From: Malacoraja senta
Lineage: Eukaryota
DNA: 64,000 nucleotides
Reading direction: 5' to 3'
Assembly (NCBI GenBank): GCA_038087875.1
Contig: CM075995.1
Location: 7,256,001 to 7,320,000 of the forward strand
Part shown: one piece after another, positions 25,995 through 39,336 of the stretch
Layout: the number at the start of each line of letters is the position of its first letter
Position numbering within the stretch: the first letter of the stretch is position 1
Notes under the pieces: model-generated
The model's database searches: none
What the model was told of the DNA's origin: nothing
The model's input: only the letters and a program-made list of their open reading frames with translations
Translations under genes and position numbers: made by a program

Positions 25995-26700
25995 AATAAT
26001 AATAATATCTTTTATTGTCATTGCACATAGGTGCAACGAGATTTGGTATGCAGCTTCCATCCGATAGTCATAACTTAAACAACTAATAAGATTTAGATAC
26101 CCCGAGAAACATGGTTTGTAAAAAGAACAGTAAAACAGTGAAACAGTCTAAAGTGCAAATGTGTCTGTGCGACGTGACCATCCGAGGGGGACAGTTCATG
26201 GGGGGGGGGCACTCAGCAGGGCCGGTTCAGAGCGATAGCTCTGGGGATGAAGCTGTTCCTGAGTCTGGAGGTGCGGGCGTAGAAGACCTTGTAACGTCTG
26301 CCGGAAGGTAGGAGTTCGAACAGTCCATTACAAGGGTGTAAAGAGTCTTTATGGATGCTGACGGCCTTCCTGAGGCACCGTGTGTAGTAGATGCCCTCCA
26401 AGGCTGGTAGCTGTGTCCCAATAATCTTCTGCGCCCTGTGGACGACCCGCTGAAGAGCTCTCCTCTCCGCCTCCGTGCAGCTGAGATACCACACAGAGAT
26501 GCCATATGTTAGGATGCTCTCTGTGCTGCAGCGGTAGAAGGTTGTCAGTAGCTGTTGGGGCAGACCAGTCTTTTTCAATGTTCTTTGGAAGAACAGTCGT
26601 TGCTGTGCCTTCTTGACCAGCGCAGCGGTGTTGGTGGACCATGTGAGGTCCCCAGAAACCTAAAGCTGGACACTTTCTCCACACTGTCCCTGTAGATGGA
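25995..26700 (-). mobile_element. Rex1/Babar-like LINE 3' fragment with (ATT)n tail
   Basis: FYRC..ESILTY.I.VWY...LQRVV..A.KIIG..LP...HP...LFELLPSGRRY...RTSRLRNSFIPRAI. Confidence 0.85.
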
Positions 26701-27359
26701 GATTGGGGCGTATTCCCCATTATGTGTCCTCCTGAACCCAGCATCTGCAGTTCCTTCCTACACATTCAGGGATATTCAATCGTTTTTAAGTGCTGCGGGC
26801 ACTAATTGCTGTTTGAAATCGATGTATTACACGCTGTACAAATTGGAAAGATTTGGTGAGATTTTACTCAGTGCATCATGATCACACCTTAAGCATGGAG
26901 TGCACACAGGAACACACTCAATCATAGTAAAACCAACATTTGGCTGCAGTCCTGTCAGGTTTATTGATTTATGTGTAATTAATGTGTTAAGTGCTGCAAA
27001 AACAATCATGTCTGGGATGAAACCTGCACCTGTGACAGTTAATGCATTAATTTAATTACAGATTAACTAGGGATTCACTTGGGAGAGAACTTACATGCAG
27101 ATGCAATATTTCCTGACATTCCTGTTCATTTTTGATGTTCCTATTTTGTGACAAAATAAGTTTAGTTTAGTTTAATTTACTGTCACATGTACCGAGGGAC
27201 AGTGAAAAGATTTTAGTTTAGTTTCGAGATACAGCGCAGAAACAGGCCCTTCAGCACATCTAGTCCGTGCCGACCAGCGATCCCTGCACATTAACACTAT
27301 CCTACACACACGAAGGACAATTTACAATTATACCAAGCCAACTAATCTACAAACCTGGG

Positions 27360-27570
27360 GTAGACAAAATTGCTAGAGAAACTCAGCGGGTGAGGCAGCA
27401 TCTATGGAGCGAAGGAAATAGGCAACGTTTCGGGCCAAAACCCTTCTTCAGACATTTCGGCCCAAAACGTTGCCGATTTCCTTCGCTCCATAGCTGCTGC
27501 CGCACCCGCTGAGTTTCCCCAGCAATTTTGTCTACCTTCGATTCTCCAGCATCTGCAGTTCCTTCTTGAA
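27360..27570. repeat. Palindromic pair of PLE pseudo-LTR fragments
   Basis: GTAGACAAAATTGCT...GGCAACGTTTCGGGCC / GGCCCAAAACGTTGCC...AGCAATTTTGTCTAC form a long hairpin. Confidence 0.8.
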
Positions 27571-27609
27571 CAATCTACAAACCTGTACGCCTTTGGAGTT
27601 AACGTTTGC

Positions 27610-28179
27610 AAGTTATAGGAGTAGAATTAGGCCATTCGGCCCATCGAATCCACTCCGCCATTCAATCATGGCTGATCTCTGCCTCCTAATCCCATTTTCC
27701 TGCCTTCTCCCCATAACCCTTGACACCCGTTCCAATCAAGAATTTGTCTATCTCCACCATAAAAATATCCACTGACGGCCTCCACAGCCCTCTGTGGCAA
27801 TGAGTGCCTCGGATTAACTACCCTCTGACCAAAGAAGTTCCTCCTCACCTCCTTTCTAAAAGAGCGTCCTTTAATTCTGAGGCCATGACCTCTGGTCCTA
27901 AACTCTCCCACCAGTGGAAACATCCTCTCCACATCCACTCTATCTATGCCTTTCATTATTCTGTAAGTTTCAATGAGGTCCCCCCATCAACCTTCTAAAC
28001 TCCAGCGAGTACAGGCCCAGTGCTGTCAACACTCATCATATGTTAATCCACTCATTACTGGAATCATTCATGTAAACCTCCTCTGGACCCTCTCCAGAGC
28101 CAGCACATCCTTCCTCAGATATGGGGCCCAAATTTGCTCACAGTACACCAAATGCGGCCTGACCAGCGCCTTATAGAGC
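27610..28179 (-). mobile_element. CR1-clade LINE 3' fragment (second subfamily)
   Basis: [10 protein letters not shown]...RVDVERMFPLVGE.RTRGH.LRIKGRSF. Confidence 0.8.
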
Positions 28180-31100
28180 GTCAGCGTTACATCAGTCTGA
28201 AGAAGGTTCTCGACTGGAAACATCACCCATTCCTTCTCTCCAGAGATGCTGCCTGTCCGGCTGAGTTACTCCAGCATTTTGTGCCTATCTCAGCATTACA
28301 TCTCTGTTTTTGTATTCCAGTCCTCTTGATATAAATGCTAGCATCGAATTTGCCTTGTGGGAGTGTGGGAGGAAACCGTAGATCTCGGAGAAAACCCTCG
28401 CGGTCACGGGAAGAACGTACAAACTCCGTACAGGCAGCACCCGTAGTCAGGATCGACTCCGGGTCTCTGGCGCTGTGAGGCAGCAACTCCACCGCTGCGC
28501 CACTGTGACGCCCGCTTATCAAAGCTTTAGACTTTAGCGTTTAGAGATACAGCGCGGAAACACGCCCTTTGGCCCACCAACTCCGCGCCAAACCGTGACC
28601 AGCCCGTACACTATCAATATCCTACACACTAGGGACAATTTACAATTTGACCGAAGTTGGTTCTATTCTCACCCATCAGTCTTCTGCAGACTCTCAAGAA
28701 GAGTCTGCTTAGGGAACGTAAGATCAGGACATCCGATTTAGTTTCGTTTAGAGGTACAGAGTGGAATCAGGCCCTTCAGCCCACCGACCAGCAATCGCCC
28801 CATACACTAGTTCCATCTTACACACTAGGGACATTTTCACAGAAGCCAATTAACCTACAAACCTTAAGGTCTTTGGACTGTGGGAGGAAACAGGAGCACC
28901 CGGAGAAAACCCACGTGGTCCGAGGGAGAACGTACAAACTCCATACAGACAGCAGCACCCCTAGTCAGGCTCGAACCCAGGTCTCTGGCGCTGTGAGGCA
29001 GCAGTTCTACCGCTGCACCACCGTGCTGCCCGCAGTGCTCTGGCTTTCTCCCACATTCCATAAAGAAGCACGGGTTTGTAGGTTAATTGGCTTCTGTGAA
29101 TTGTACCTGGTGTGTAGGATGCAATTAGCTTCAGGTTGAGTTTAGTTTGTTGTCACGTGTACCGAGGTCAGGTGAAAAGCTTTTGGTGATTGCTGGACCC
29201 GCTTCCACGCTGTATCTCTAAACGAAACTTCTGCAGCAAGCGCATAGAATCACCTTGGTTCCTGTACAAAACTTTTCTAACTTGTTTGCATGCCAACTGA
29301 ATTTCTTAGTGGATGGATGAAAATACCACCTAGTGTTCAAGTGAAGCAAGTCAAATATAAGCTGGAGTAACTCAGCATCTCTGGAGAAAAGGAATGGGTG
29401 ACGTTGCAGGTCGAGACCCTTCTGAGACAGTGTCCGAAGAAGGGTCTCGACCTGCAATGTCACACGTTCCTTCTCTCCAGAGATGGTGCCTGTCCCGCTG
29501 AGTTACTCCAGCTTTTTGCGGTTTAAATCAGCATCCCTACAGAGTTGTACAGAGCCCTAGTGAGACCACACCTGGAGTATTGTGTGCAGTTTTGGTCCCC
29601 TAATTTGAGGAAGGACATTCTTGCTATTGAGGGAGTGCAGCGTAGGTTTACAAGGTTAATTCCCGGGATGGCGGGACTGTCATACGCTGAGAGAATGGAG
29701 CAGCTGGGTTTGTACACTTTTTCTCACAGAGAGTGGTGAGTCTGTGGAATTCTCTGCCTCAGAAGGCGGTGGAGGCAGGTTCTCTGGATGCTTTCAAGAG
29801 AGAGCTAGATAGGGCTCTTAAAAATAGCGGAGTCAGGGGATATGAGGAGAAGGCAGGAACGGGGTACTGATTGGGGATGATCAGCCATGATCACATTGAA
29901 TGGCGGTGCTGGCTCGAAGGGCCGAATGGCCTACTCCTGCACCTATTGTCTATTGACTATTGTCTATTGTCATCCGCAGTTCCTTCCTACACAAGTCAAA
30001 TATATACTCTTGGAAAGAATTCCAAGTCTCTGCTGGGTTTTAACTCGAAGCTGGATGTGCTGTTTCTTCAGTGCGTCTGGCCCAGTGGTGCAGCGGTACA
30101 GTTGCTGCCCCACAGCTCCGGGGACCCAGGTTCAATTCTGACTACGGGTGCTGTCTGTATGGAGTTTGTACGTTCTCCTTGTGACCGCGTGGGTTTTCCC
30201 CGGATGCTCCAGGTTCCTGCCAGATGACAAAGAGGTGCAGGTTTGTAGGTTAATTGGCTTCTGTAAAATTGTCCCCAGTGTGTAGGATAGAGCTAGTGTA
30301 CGGGGAGATTGCTTGTCGGCGCGGACTCGGTAGACCAAAGGGCCTGTTTCCATGCTGTATCTCTAAACTAAACATAGAAATATAGAAAATAGGTGCAGGA
30401 GTAGGCCATTCGGCCCTTCGAGCCTGCACCGCCATTCAATATGATCATGGCTCATCATCCAACTCAGTATCCTGTACCTGCCTTCTCTCCATACCCCCTG
30501 ATCCCTTTAGCCACAAGGGCCACATCTAACTCCCTCTTAAATATAGCCAATGAACTGGCCTCAACTACCTTCTGTGGCAGAGAATTCCACAGATTCACCA
30601 CTCTCTGTGTGAAAAATGTTTTTCTCATCTCGGTCCTAAAAGACTTCCCCCTTATCCTTAAACTGTAACCCCTTGTTCTGGACTTCCTCAACATCGGGAA
30701 CAATCTTCCTGCATCTAGCCTGTCCAACCCCTTAAGAATTTTGTAAGTTTCTATAAGATCCCCCCTCTATAAGATCCTCCCTCTATATGATCCCCCCTCT
30801 ATAAGATCCCCCCTCTATATGATCCCCCCTCTATATGATCCCCCCTCTAAACTTAACTATGTTCAAACTAAATTGGAGTTCCTTAAGCAGAAGACTGATG
30901 GATGAGAGTAGAACCAGGCAAGGGCTGTGAAACAGTACATCATCAGACACCTTACAACATGTTGGGAGAATATAAACCAAACCTGGAGTAGAAATTTGTG
31001 GAAGCAAAGAACTGCAGATGTTGGTTTACAAAAAAAAAGACACAAAGCGCTGGAGTAACTCAGGCAGCATCTCTGGTGGACATGTTAAGGTGACATTTCC

Positions 31101-31466
31101 GGTTGGCACCTTTCAACTATCCATGTTCACCAGAGATGCTGCCTGACATGCCGAGTTACTCCAGCACTTTGTATCTTCTTTTTTATAAACCAGCATCTGC
31201 AGTTCCTTGGTTCCACTTCCTACACATTCGGGGCAATTTTACAGAGACCAATTAACCAACAAATCCGCACATCTTTGGGATGCGGGAGGAAACTGGAGAA
31301 CCTGGACCATGCAGTCACAGGGAGAATGTGCAAACTCCACACAGACAGCACCCGAGGTCAGGATCGAACCCGGGTCTCTGGAGCTGTTAGTGCTGTTCTA
31401 CCAGTTACTCCACGGTGCTGCCCAATTCAAGAGTGCTATCCTCTGAGCCATATATTGTACTACAAT

Positions 31467-31882
31467 CTTAGGCCCCTTCAGTCGTGGCTGACCATGGGAG
31501 CCTCCAGGGTGCTATTCCCTATATGGAGGACGCCTGTGCGTGACTTTGTTTAACGTGGGGAGACTGGTGCACAGACAGCCACCCCACGGTCCTTGACAGA
31601 TCTGGGTCAGGATCCAGTGGCATGGAGTCCAAGACGACCGGAGACCCTTTTCTGCTGCAGCCTTCATCCGCCTTCCCAGCTGTTGTGACGCTCCACTAAG
31701 GCCAGCCATCATCCTCCGCCTGTTCCACCGTTGAGGTCTTGGTTGGATTGCTCTTTGTCAGGGACCTCCCCCTCGACCTTACCGCCATGGGTGGCCCTAC
31801 CAGGAGCATAGCTCCAGACGGCATCGCTCTCAGGATCTCAGGTCCACAGATTCTCCACCACAAGGTGACAGTCCACGGAGAA
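31467..31882 (-). mobile_element. RTE-derived bipartite non-autonomous retroposon (5' UTR joined to 3' end)
   Basis: Minus strand opens CACCTTGTGGTGGAG...GAGCTATGCTCCTGGTAGGGCCACCCATGGC...GACAAAGAGCAATCC, resembling the conserved RTE/Expander 5' UTR; no ORF; ends CCATGGTCAGCCACGACTGAAGG. Confidence 0.65.
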
Positions 31883-34800
31883 GATGTAGTAAGGGTATCA
31901 CACATAGTGCAATACACTACATAATATACTACAAATTCTGTGCCTATCTTCAGTTTAAACCAGCATCTGCAGTTCCTTCCTACACATATCATGTTTACCA
32001 CAGCTCAGGGCCAATCTCTACCTCCTCTTTTATTACTGCATTTAAAATTAAATATTTAAAATATATGTATAATGGAGAAGTGCTGAGAATTTATGATTAC
32101 AAAGCAAATTTTACGTATTACAATAACAGACGAGTTTTAGTTTTTTTTAGTTTAGAGAAACAGAGCGGAAACAGGCCCTTCGGCCCATCAAGTCAGCACC
32201 GGCCAGCACACTAACACTATCCCACACACACTAGGGACAATCTTACATTCATACCAAGCAATTAAACCTGTACGTCTTTGGAGTGTGGGAGGAAACAGAA
32301 GATCTAGGAGAAACAGAAGATCTAGGAGAAACAGAAGATCGCGGCCACGGGGAGAACGTACAAACTCCGTACTGACAGCACCCGTGGTCGGGATCGAACC
32401 TGGGTCTCTGGCGCTGTAAGCGCTGTAAGGCAGCAACTCTACCGCTGTGTCACAGTTTGTTAACAGTTGTGATACATTTTAAATTGAGACCAACCAGTAG
32501 AAGGCAGGAACGGGGTACTGATTGGGGATGATCAGCCATGATCACATTGAATGTGAAGGCTGAATGGCCTACTCCTGCATCTATTGTCTATTGTCTATTG
32601 TCTAGATTGTTTGATTGTCATGGATGAGACTTTGTCTACTATTCAACTTGAGATGCAATTTTTTTTTTTAACTCGAAAAATAATGTAATTCATTTATAAC
32701 ATTTATCTTAACTAGATAATTACAATATTTTATGAATGGAAAAGGGTCAGATTCTAATTTAGAACTAACTGCTGCAATGAATGAATATTAAAAAATTTAC
32801 TGGGTGGTTACGTTCTACATAGTGTTGAGTGGTTAAGTTCTACCATCTGCATGAGGGATATTTGCCATGGTTACAACATTTTTATATGGCACGAAACACC
32901 AAAAAAATTTAAAAAACAGTCCTAAAAATACTTATTTTTATGCTTTTTTTTGTAGGAAATGCAGTTTGTGATGTTAATAAACACTGCACCATGTTACTGT
33001 TGGATGATATGAAAATGGTAAATGCACTCATTTACATTGTTAAAAGTTCATCTTAAAATCCTAAACAATCGTATAAGTTCATTAGAAAACTAAGCTGATC
33101 CAGAAGTAAGCAAGGCGCCTTAGAAAGATGGAAAATAGGTGCAGGAGTTGGCCATTCGGCCTTCGAGCCTGCACCGCCATTCACTGTGATCATGGCTGAT
33201 CATCCAGAATCAGTACCCAGTTTCTGCCTTCTCCCCATATCCCTTGATTCCGTTAGCCCGAAGACTAAATCTAACTCTCTCTCGCCTTGTGTTGTGTTTA
33301 ACACGAGAAGGATCCCAGGAATTTGTGGGTTAACATATGATGAGCGTTTGAAGGCACTGGGCCTGTACTCGCTGGAGTTTAGATGGATGAAGGGGACCTC
33401 ATTGAAACATACCGAATAGTGAAAGCCCTGGATAGAGTGGTTGTGGAGAGGATGTTTCCATTAATGGGAGAGTCTGTGGAGAGGATGTTTCCATGAGTGG
33501 AAGAGTCTGGTACAGGCCACAAAAAATACCTGCTACAATGTGGTGATCTTCCCCAGAGGGACATCGATGCAGTGAAGCACTGTCCCAGGACCTGAGGGCC
33601 TGGTGTGTTCCCAGTCCCCGCACCCTCTCCCAGCCAACCAGGCCAGGCCGCGCCACTATGTTTATTCCTTGGAACGCAGGAGGCATGGACTTATAGAGGT
33701 GTATAAAATCAATATAGGGTTGGATAGAGTGGATGTGGGAGAGGATGTTTGCACTAGTGGGAGAATCTAGGACCAGTGGTCATAGCCTCAGAATTAATGG
33801 ATGTTCCTTTAGGAAGGAGACGAGGAGGAATTTCTTTAATCAGGGGGTGGTGAATCTGTGAAATTCTTTGCCACAGACGGCTGTGAAGGCCGTCAATTGA
33901 TATTTTAAAGTAGAGATACATAGATTCTTGATTAGTACGGTTGTTAGGGGTTATGGGGGAGAAGGCAGGTGAATGGAGTTAGGAGGGAGATCAGCCATGA
34001 TTGAATGGCGGAGTCGTCTTAATGGGCCGAATGGCCTAAATTCTGCTCCTATCCCTAATGAACTTATGAGAAGAGTAGACTGGGTGGATGCACAGAGTCC
34101 TCTTGCCCAGAGTTGGGGAAATCGAGAACCAAAGGACATAGGTTTAAGGTGAAGGGGGAAAGATTAACAGGATCTTAAGGGTATCTTTTTCACACAGAGG
34201 GAATGAGCTGCCTGTTGAGATAGTTGAGGCAAGTACTATCACAATGTTTAAGAGACATTTAGACAGGTACATGTATAGGACAGGATTAGAGGGATATGGT
34301 CCAAACGCAGCCAGGTGGGACTAGCGTAGATGGGGCATATTGGTCGGTATGGGCAAGTTGGGCCAAAGGGCCTGTATGACTATGACTCGATCGGGTAAAT
34401 GCACAGAGATGTTTACCCAGCGTAGGAGAATCGAGAACCAGAGGACATAGGTTTAAGGTGCGGGAGTGGTAAAGATTGAATGGGAACCTGAGGAGCAACA
34501 TTTTCACATAAAGTATGTAGTTGAGGCAGGGATTATTACAACATTTAAGAAGCATTTAGACAGGAACATGGATAGGACAGGTTTATGGGCCAAACGCAGG
34601 CAGGTGGGACTAGTGCAGATGGGACATGTTGGTCGGTGTGGGCAAGTTGGGCCGAAGGTCCTGTTTCCACGCTGTATCACTATGAATCGATTGGGTAAAC
34701 GCATAGAGTCTGAAGATGGGTCTCAACCCAGAAATGTTATCTCTTCCTTTTCTTCAGAGATGCTGCCTGTCCTGCTGAGTTACTCCAGCATTTTGTGTCT

Positions 34801-35593
34801 ATCTTCGGTGTAAACCAGCATCTGCAGTTCCTTCCGACACTGACTCTTTTACCTGGGGTAGGGGATCGAGAACCAGAGGACATAGGCTTAAGGAGAAGGG
34901 GGGGGGGGGGAGATTAAATAGGACCCGGGAGGGGTAACTTTTTCCACACAGAGGGTGGTGGGTGTATGGAACGAGCTGCCGGAGGAGGTAGTTGAGGCAC
35001 AATTAAGAAACATTTAGACAGGTACATGGATAGCACAGGTTTGGAGGCATATGGGCCACACGTAGGCAGGTGGGACAAGTGTAGATGGGACATGTTGGCC
35101 GGTGTGGGCAAGTTATGCCAAAGTGTTTAAGAAGGAACTGCAGATGCCTGGAAAAATCCAGGTAGACAAAATGCTGGAGAAACTCAGCGGGTGCGGCAGC
35201 AGCAATGGAGCGAAGGAAATAGGCAACGTTTCAGCCCAAACTTTGCCTATTTACTTCGCTCCATAAGTTATGCCGAAGGGCCTGTGTGTCCAAGTTGTAT
35301 GACTCTATGATTCTATGAATACATCGGGTAAACATACAGGCACATAGGGGTGACAATAGATGCAGGAGTGACCAAATCATGAGGAAAATGGAGAGTTTAA
35401 ATGCATAGAGTCTCTTGCCCAGATTAGGGTAATTGAGAACCAGAGGGGAGGGGAGGGGAGGGGAGGGAGGGGAGGGAGGGGAGGGGAGGGGAGGGGAGGG
35501 GAGGGAGGGGAGGAGGGGGGGGGAGGGGGAAGAGATTTAATAGGAATCTGAGGGTAACTTTTTCACACAGAGGGTGGTGGGTGTATGGAACCA

Positions 35594-37536
35594 GCTGCCA
35601 GAGGAGTAGTTGGGGCACAATTAAGAAACATTTAGACAGGTACATGGATAGGACAGGTTTAGGGGGATATGGGTCAGTGTAGATAGTACAGTTTGGCTAG
35701 TTTGGGCCGAAGGGCCTGTTTCCACGCTGTAAGACGATGACTGCAGATAAATTTGTTTCCAGATAAACCGGCTGCCAGAGGAGGTAGTTGGGGCCACATT
35801 TAAGAAACAGTTAGACAGGTACATGATAGGACAAGTTTAGGAGGATATGGGTCAGTGTAGATAGTACAGTTTGGGCAAGTTGGGCCGAAGGGCCTGTTCC
35901 ACCGCTGTAAGACTATGACTGCAGATAAATTTGTTTCCAGATAAACCGGCTGCCAGAGGAGGTAGTTGGGGCCACATTTAAGAAACAGTTAGACAGGTAC
36001 ATGATAGGACAAGTTTAGGAGGATATGGGTCAGTGTAGATAGTACAGTTTGGGCAAGTTGGGCCGAAGGGCCTGTTTCCATGCTGTAAGACTATGACCGC
36101 AGATAAATTTGTTTTCCAGATAACCCAGCTAGCTGCCAGAGGAGGTAGTTGGGGCCACATTTAAGAAACAGTTAGACAGGTACATGGATAGGACAAGTTT
36201 AGGGGATATGGGTCAGTGTAGATAGAACAGTTGGCTAGTTTGGGCAAGTTGGGCCGAAGGGCCTGTTTCCACGCTGCAAGACGATGACTGCAGATAAATT
36301 TGTTTCCAGATAAACCGGCTGCCAGAGGAGGGTAGTTGGGGCCACATTTAAGAAACAGTTAGACAGGTACATGGATAGGACAAGTTTAGGGGGATATGTG
36401 TCAGTGTAGATAGTACAGTTTGGCTAGTTTGGGCAAGTTGGGCCGAAGGGCCTGTTTGCACGCTGCAAGACGATGACTGCAGATAAATTTGTTTCCAGAT
36501 AAACCGGCTGCCAGAGGAGGTAGTTGGGGCCACATTTAAGAACAGTTAGACAGGTACATGATAGGACAAGTTAAGGAGGATATGGGTCAGTGTAGATAGT
36601 ACAGTTTGGGCAAGTTGGGCCGAAGGGCCTGTTTCCATGCACTAAGACTATGACCGCAGATAAATTTGTTTCCAGATAAACCGGCTGCCAGAGGAGGTAG
36701 TTGGGGCCACATTTAAGAAACAGTTAGACAGGTACATGGATAGGACAAGTTTAGGGGGATATGTGTCAGTGTAGATAGTACAGTTTGGCTAGTTTGGGCA
36801 AGTTGGGCGAAGGGCCTGTTTGCACGCTGCAAGACGATGACTGCAGATAAATTTGTTTCCAGATAAACCGGCTGCCAGAGGAGGTAGTTGGGGCCACATT
36901 TAAGAAACAGTTAGACAGGTACATGATAGGACAAGTTTAGGAGGATATGGGTCAGTGTAGATAGTACAGTTTGGGCAAGTTGGGCCGAAGGGCCTGTTTC
37001 CACGCTGTAAGACGATGACTGCAGATAAATTTGTTTCCAGATAAACCGGCTGCCAGAGGAGTAGTTGGGGCCACATTTAAGAAACAGTTAGACAGGTACA
37101 TGATAGGACAAGTTTAGGAGGATATGGGTCAGTGTAGATAGTACAGTTTGGGCAAGTTGGCCAAAGGGCCTGTTTCCACGCTGTAAGACTATGACTGCAG
37201 ATAAATTTGTTTCCAGATAAACCGGCTGCCAGAGGAGGTAGTTGGGGCCACATTTAAGAAACAGTTAGACAGGTACATGGATAGGACAAGTTTAGGAGGA
37301 TATGGGTCAGTGTAGATAGTACAGTTTGGGCAAGTTGGGCCGAAGGGCCTGTTTCCAGCTGTAAGACTATGACCGCAGATAAATTTGTTTCCAGATAACC
37401 CAGCTAGCTGCCAGAGGAGGTAGTTGGGGCCACATTTAAGAAACAGTTAGACAGGTACATGGATAGGACAAGTTTAGGGGATATGTGTCAGTGTAGATAG
37501 TACAGTTTGGCTAGTTTGGGCAAGTTGGGCCGAAGG
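35594..37536. repeat. Tandem array, ~177-190-bp unit x11, derived from a CR1/HER1 3' end
   Basis: GCTGCCAGAGGAG recurs at ~35594, 35771, 35949, 36132, 36318, 36507, 36684, 36871, 37049, 37225, 37407 with few substitutions. Confidence 0.95.
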
Positions 37537-37749
37537 ACCGGTCTAACCGTTTCTTAAATGTGCCCCAACTACCTCCTCTGGCAGCTTGCTGGTTTAGGTC
37601 AAGTTTGGAGGGATACGGGCCAAACGCAGGCCGGGTGGGACTGGTGTAGCTGGGGCATCCATGTTGGGCCAGTGGTGGGCGAGTTGGGCCGAAGGGCCTG
37701 TTTCCACACTTCTCCCCTCCCCTCCCTCCCTCCCTCCCTCCCCCTCCCT

Positions 37750-38270
37750 CCCTCCCTGGCTCCGCCCGGAGCCGGTAGCATCGGCGCTCGTTCACTGTCA
37801 TCACTCACATCACGCAGGAAGATGGTGACCCTCAGGGAAGCAGGAAGCGGCGGCGGCGGCGACGGAGGCCTCGGGATGAGGGGAGAAATACAAGGTGTCG
37901 TCCCTCGTTTACTTCCCTCACACCCTCCCCCCCCCCCCCCTCTCACCCCTCGCCTGTCCCCTTTTGCCAGAACCTTCGTGCCGTGGCGGCGGGTAGTAGT
38001 AGTAGTAGTAGTAGTAGTAGATGATGATGATGTGGTGATGTGTCGTCGCTGCTCCTCTAGTATCTTTGGTCGCTGCGGCCGCTGGAGGCCCGGGCCCGGG
38101 GTCTGGGTGTGGTCTGGGCCTGGTGTCGCCCACCCCCCGGCATCAACCCCCTCCCCTCCCCTCCCCTCCCGGCACCGGCACCGGCACCGGCACAGGCCCC
38201 TCCAGCTGTCAGCGCCCGGCGCTGTGGCGTCCACGGCCCGCTGAACTAACCCCGGCTGGGGCAACCGCCA
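37750..38270. promoter_or_regulatory. CpG-rich island, probable promoter / first exon
   Basis: Non-TE GC/CpG-rich sequence with a GC box (CTCCGCCC), CAGGAAG ETS-like motifs, (GGC)n and (CCGGCA)n; contrasts with the CpG-poor unique DNA around it. Confidence 0.55.
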
Positions 38271-38294
38271 ACTGTTTTCATTGTAAATGTAATA

Positions 38295-39225
38295 TCTATG
38301 TATGTGTGTGTGTGTATAAATGGTGTATGCATATGTTTGTGTGTGTATGGAAAATATGTGTGTGTGTGTGGGTATGAGTATGTGTGTGGGTATGAGTATG
38401 TGTGGGTATGAGTATGTGTGGGTATGAGTAGGGTATATGTGTGGGTGTGTGTGTGTGGGGGTATGAGTATGTGTGTGGGTATGTGTATGTGTGGGTATGT
38501 GTATGTGGGTATGTGTATGTGGGTATGTGTATGAATGTGTGCGTATGAGTATGTGTATGAATGTGTGTATGTGTATGAATGTGTGTGTGTGTATGACTGT
38601 GGGTATGTGTATGAATGTGTGTGTGTATGATGTGTGTGTATGAATGTGTGTGATGAGTATGGTTGGGTATGTGTATGAATGTGTGCGTATAAGTATGTAT
38701 GAATGTGTATGTGTGTATATGAATGTGTGTGTATGAGTATGTGTGGGTATGTGTATGAATGTGTGTGGTGTGTGTGTATGAATGTGTGTGTGTGTGTTTT
38801 TGAATGTGTGTTTGAATGTGTGTGTTTGAGTACGTGTTTCAAAGTGTGTGTGTGTTTGTGTGGCATATGTATGCTTGTGTGTGTATGTTTGTGTTTGTGT
38901 GTATTTTTGTAGGTTTGTGTGTGTATGTTTGTATGAATGGTATAAAAATGTGTGTGTGTGGGTGTGGATATTTGTGTGTCTATGAATTTGTGGGTGTGTG
39001 TGAGGGTGTGCCTGTGGGTATGTATGTGTGTGTGTGGTGGTGTGCATGAATGTGTATGTGTATATGGGTGTGTGAATGAATGTGTGGTGTGCATATATGT
39101 GTGTGTATATCTGGTGTTTGTGTGTAAGTGTGTGTATAGTATATGAATATGTGTATATGAATGTGTCTGAATGTCTGTGTGTATGAATGTGCATGTTCAT
39201 ATGTGCGTGTGTGTGCCATATATTT
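38295..39225. repeat. Degenerate (GT/GTAT)n low-complexity tract
   Basis: ~0.9 kb of GT-rich microsatellite; gives the spurious 564-aa His/Thr ORF. Confidence 0.95.
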
Positions 39226-39336
39226 GTTGTGGTAAAACGAAAAGTGCAGGAATAAGCAGGACAGGCAGCATCTCTGGAGGGAAATGGACACACGATGTTT
39301 ATTTATTCCGTTTTTTGGTCTGCCTTGATTTTGCAG

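Noticed and set aside
35594..37536. Regularly spaced repeats as a CRISPR-like array
   Set aside because: Whole units repeat with no unique spacers; eukaryotic LINE-derived sequence; no cas genes
37599..39293. 564-aa His/Thr-rich ORF
   Set aside because: Stop-free reading of an (AC)n-type tract and GC-rich island; no domain-like content
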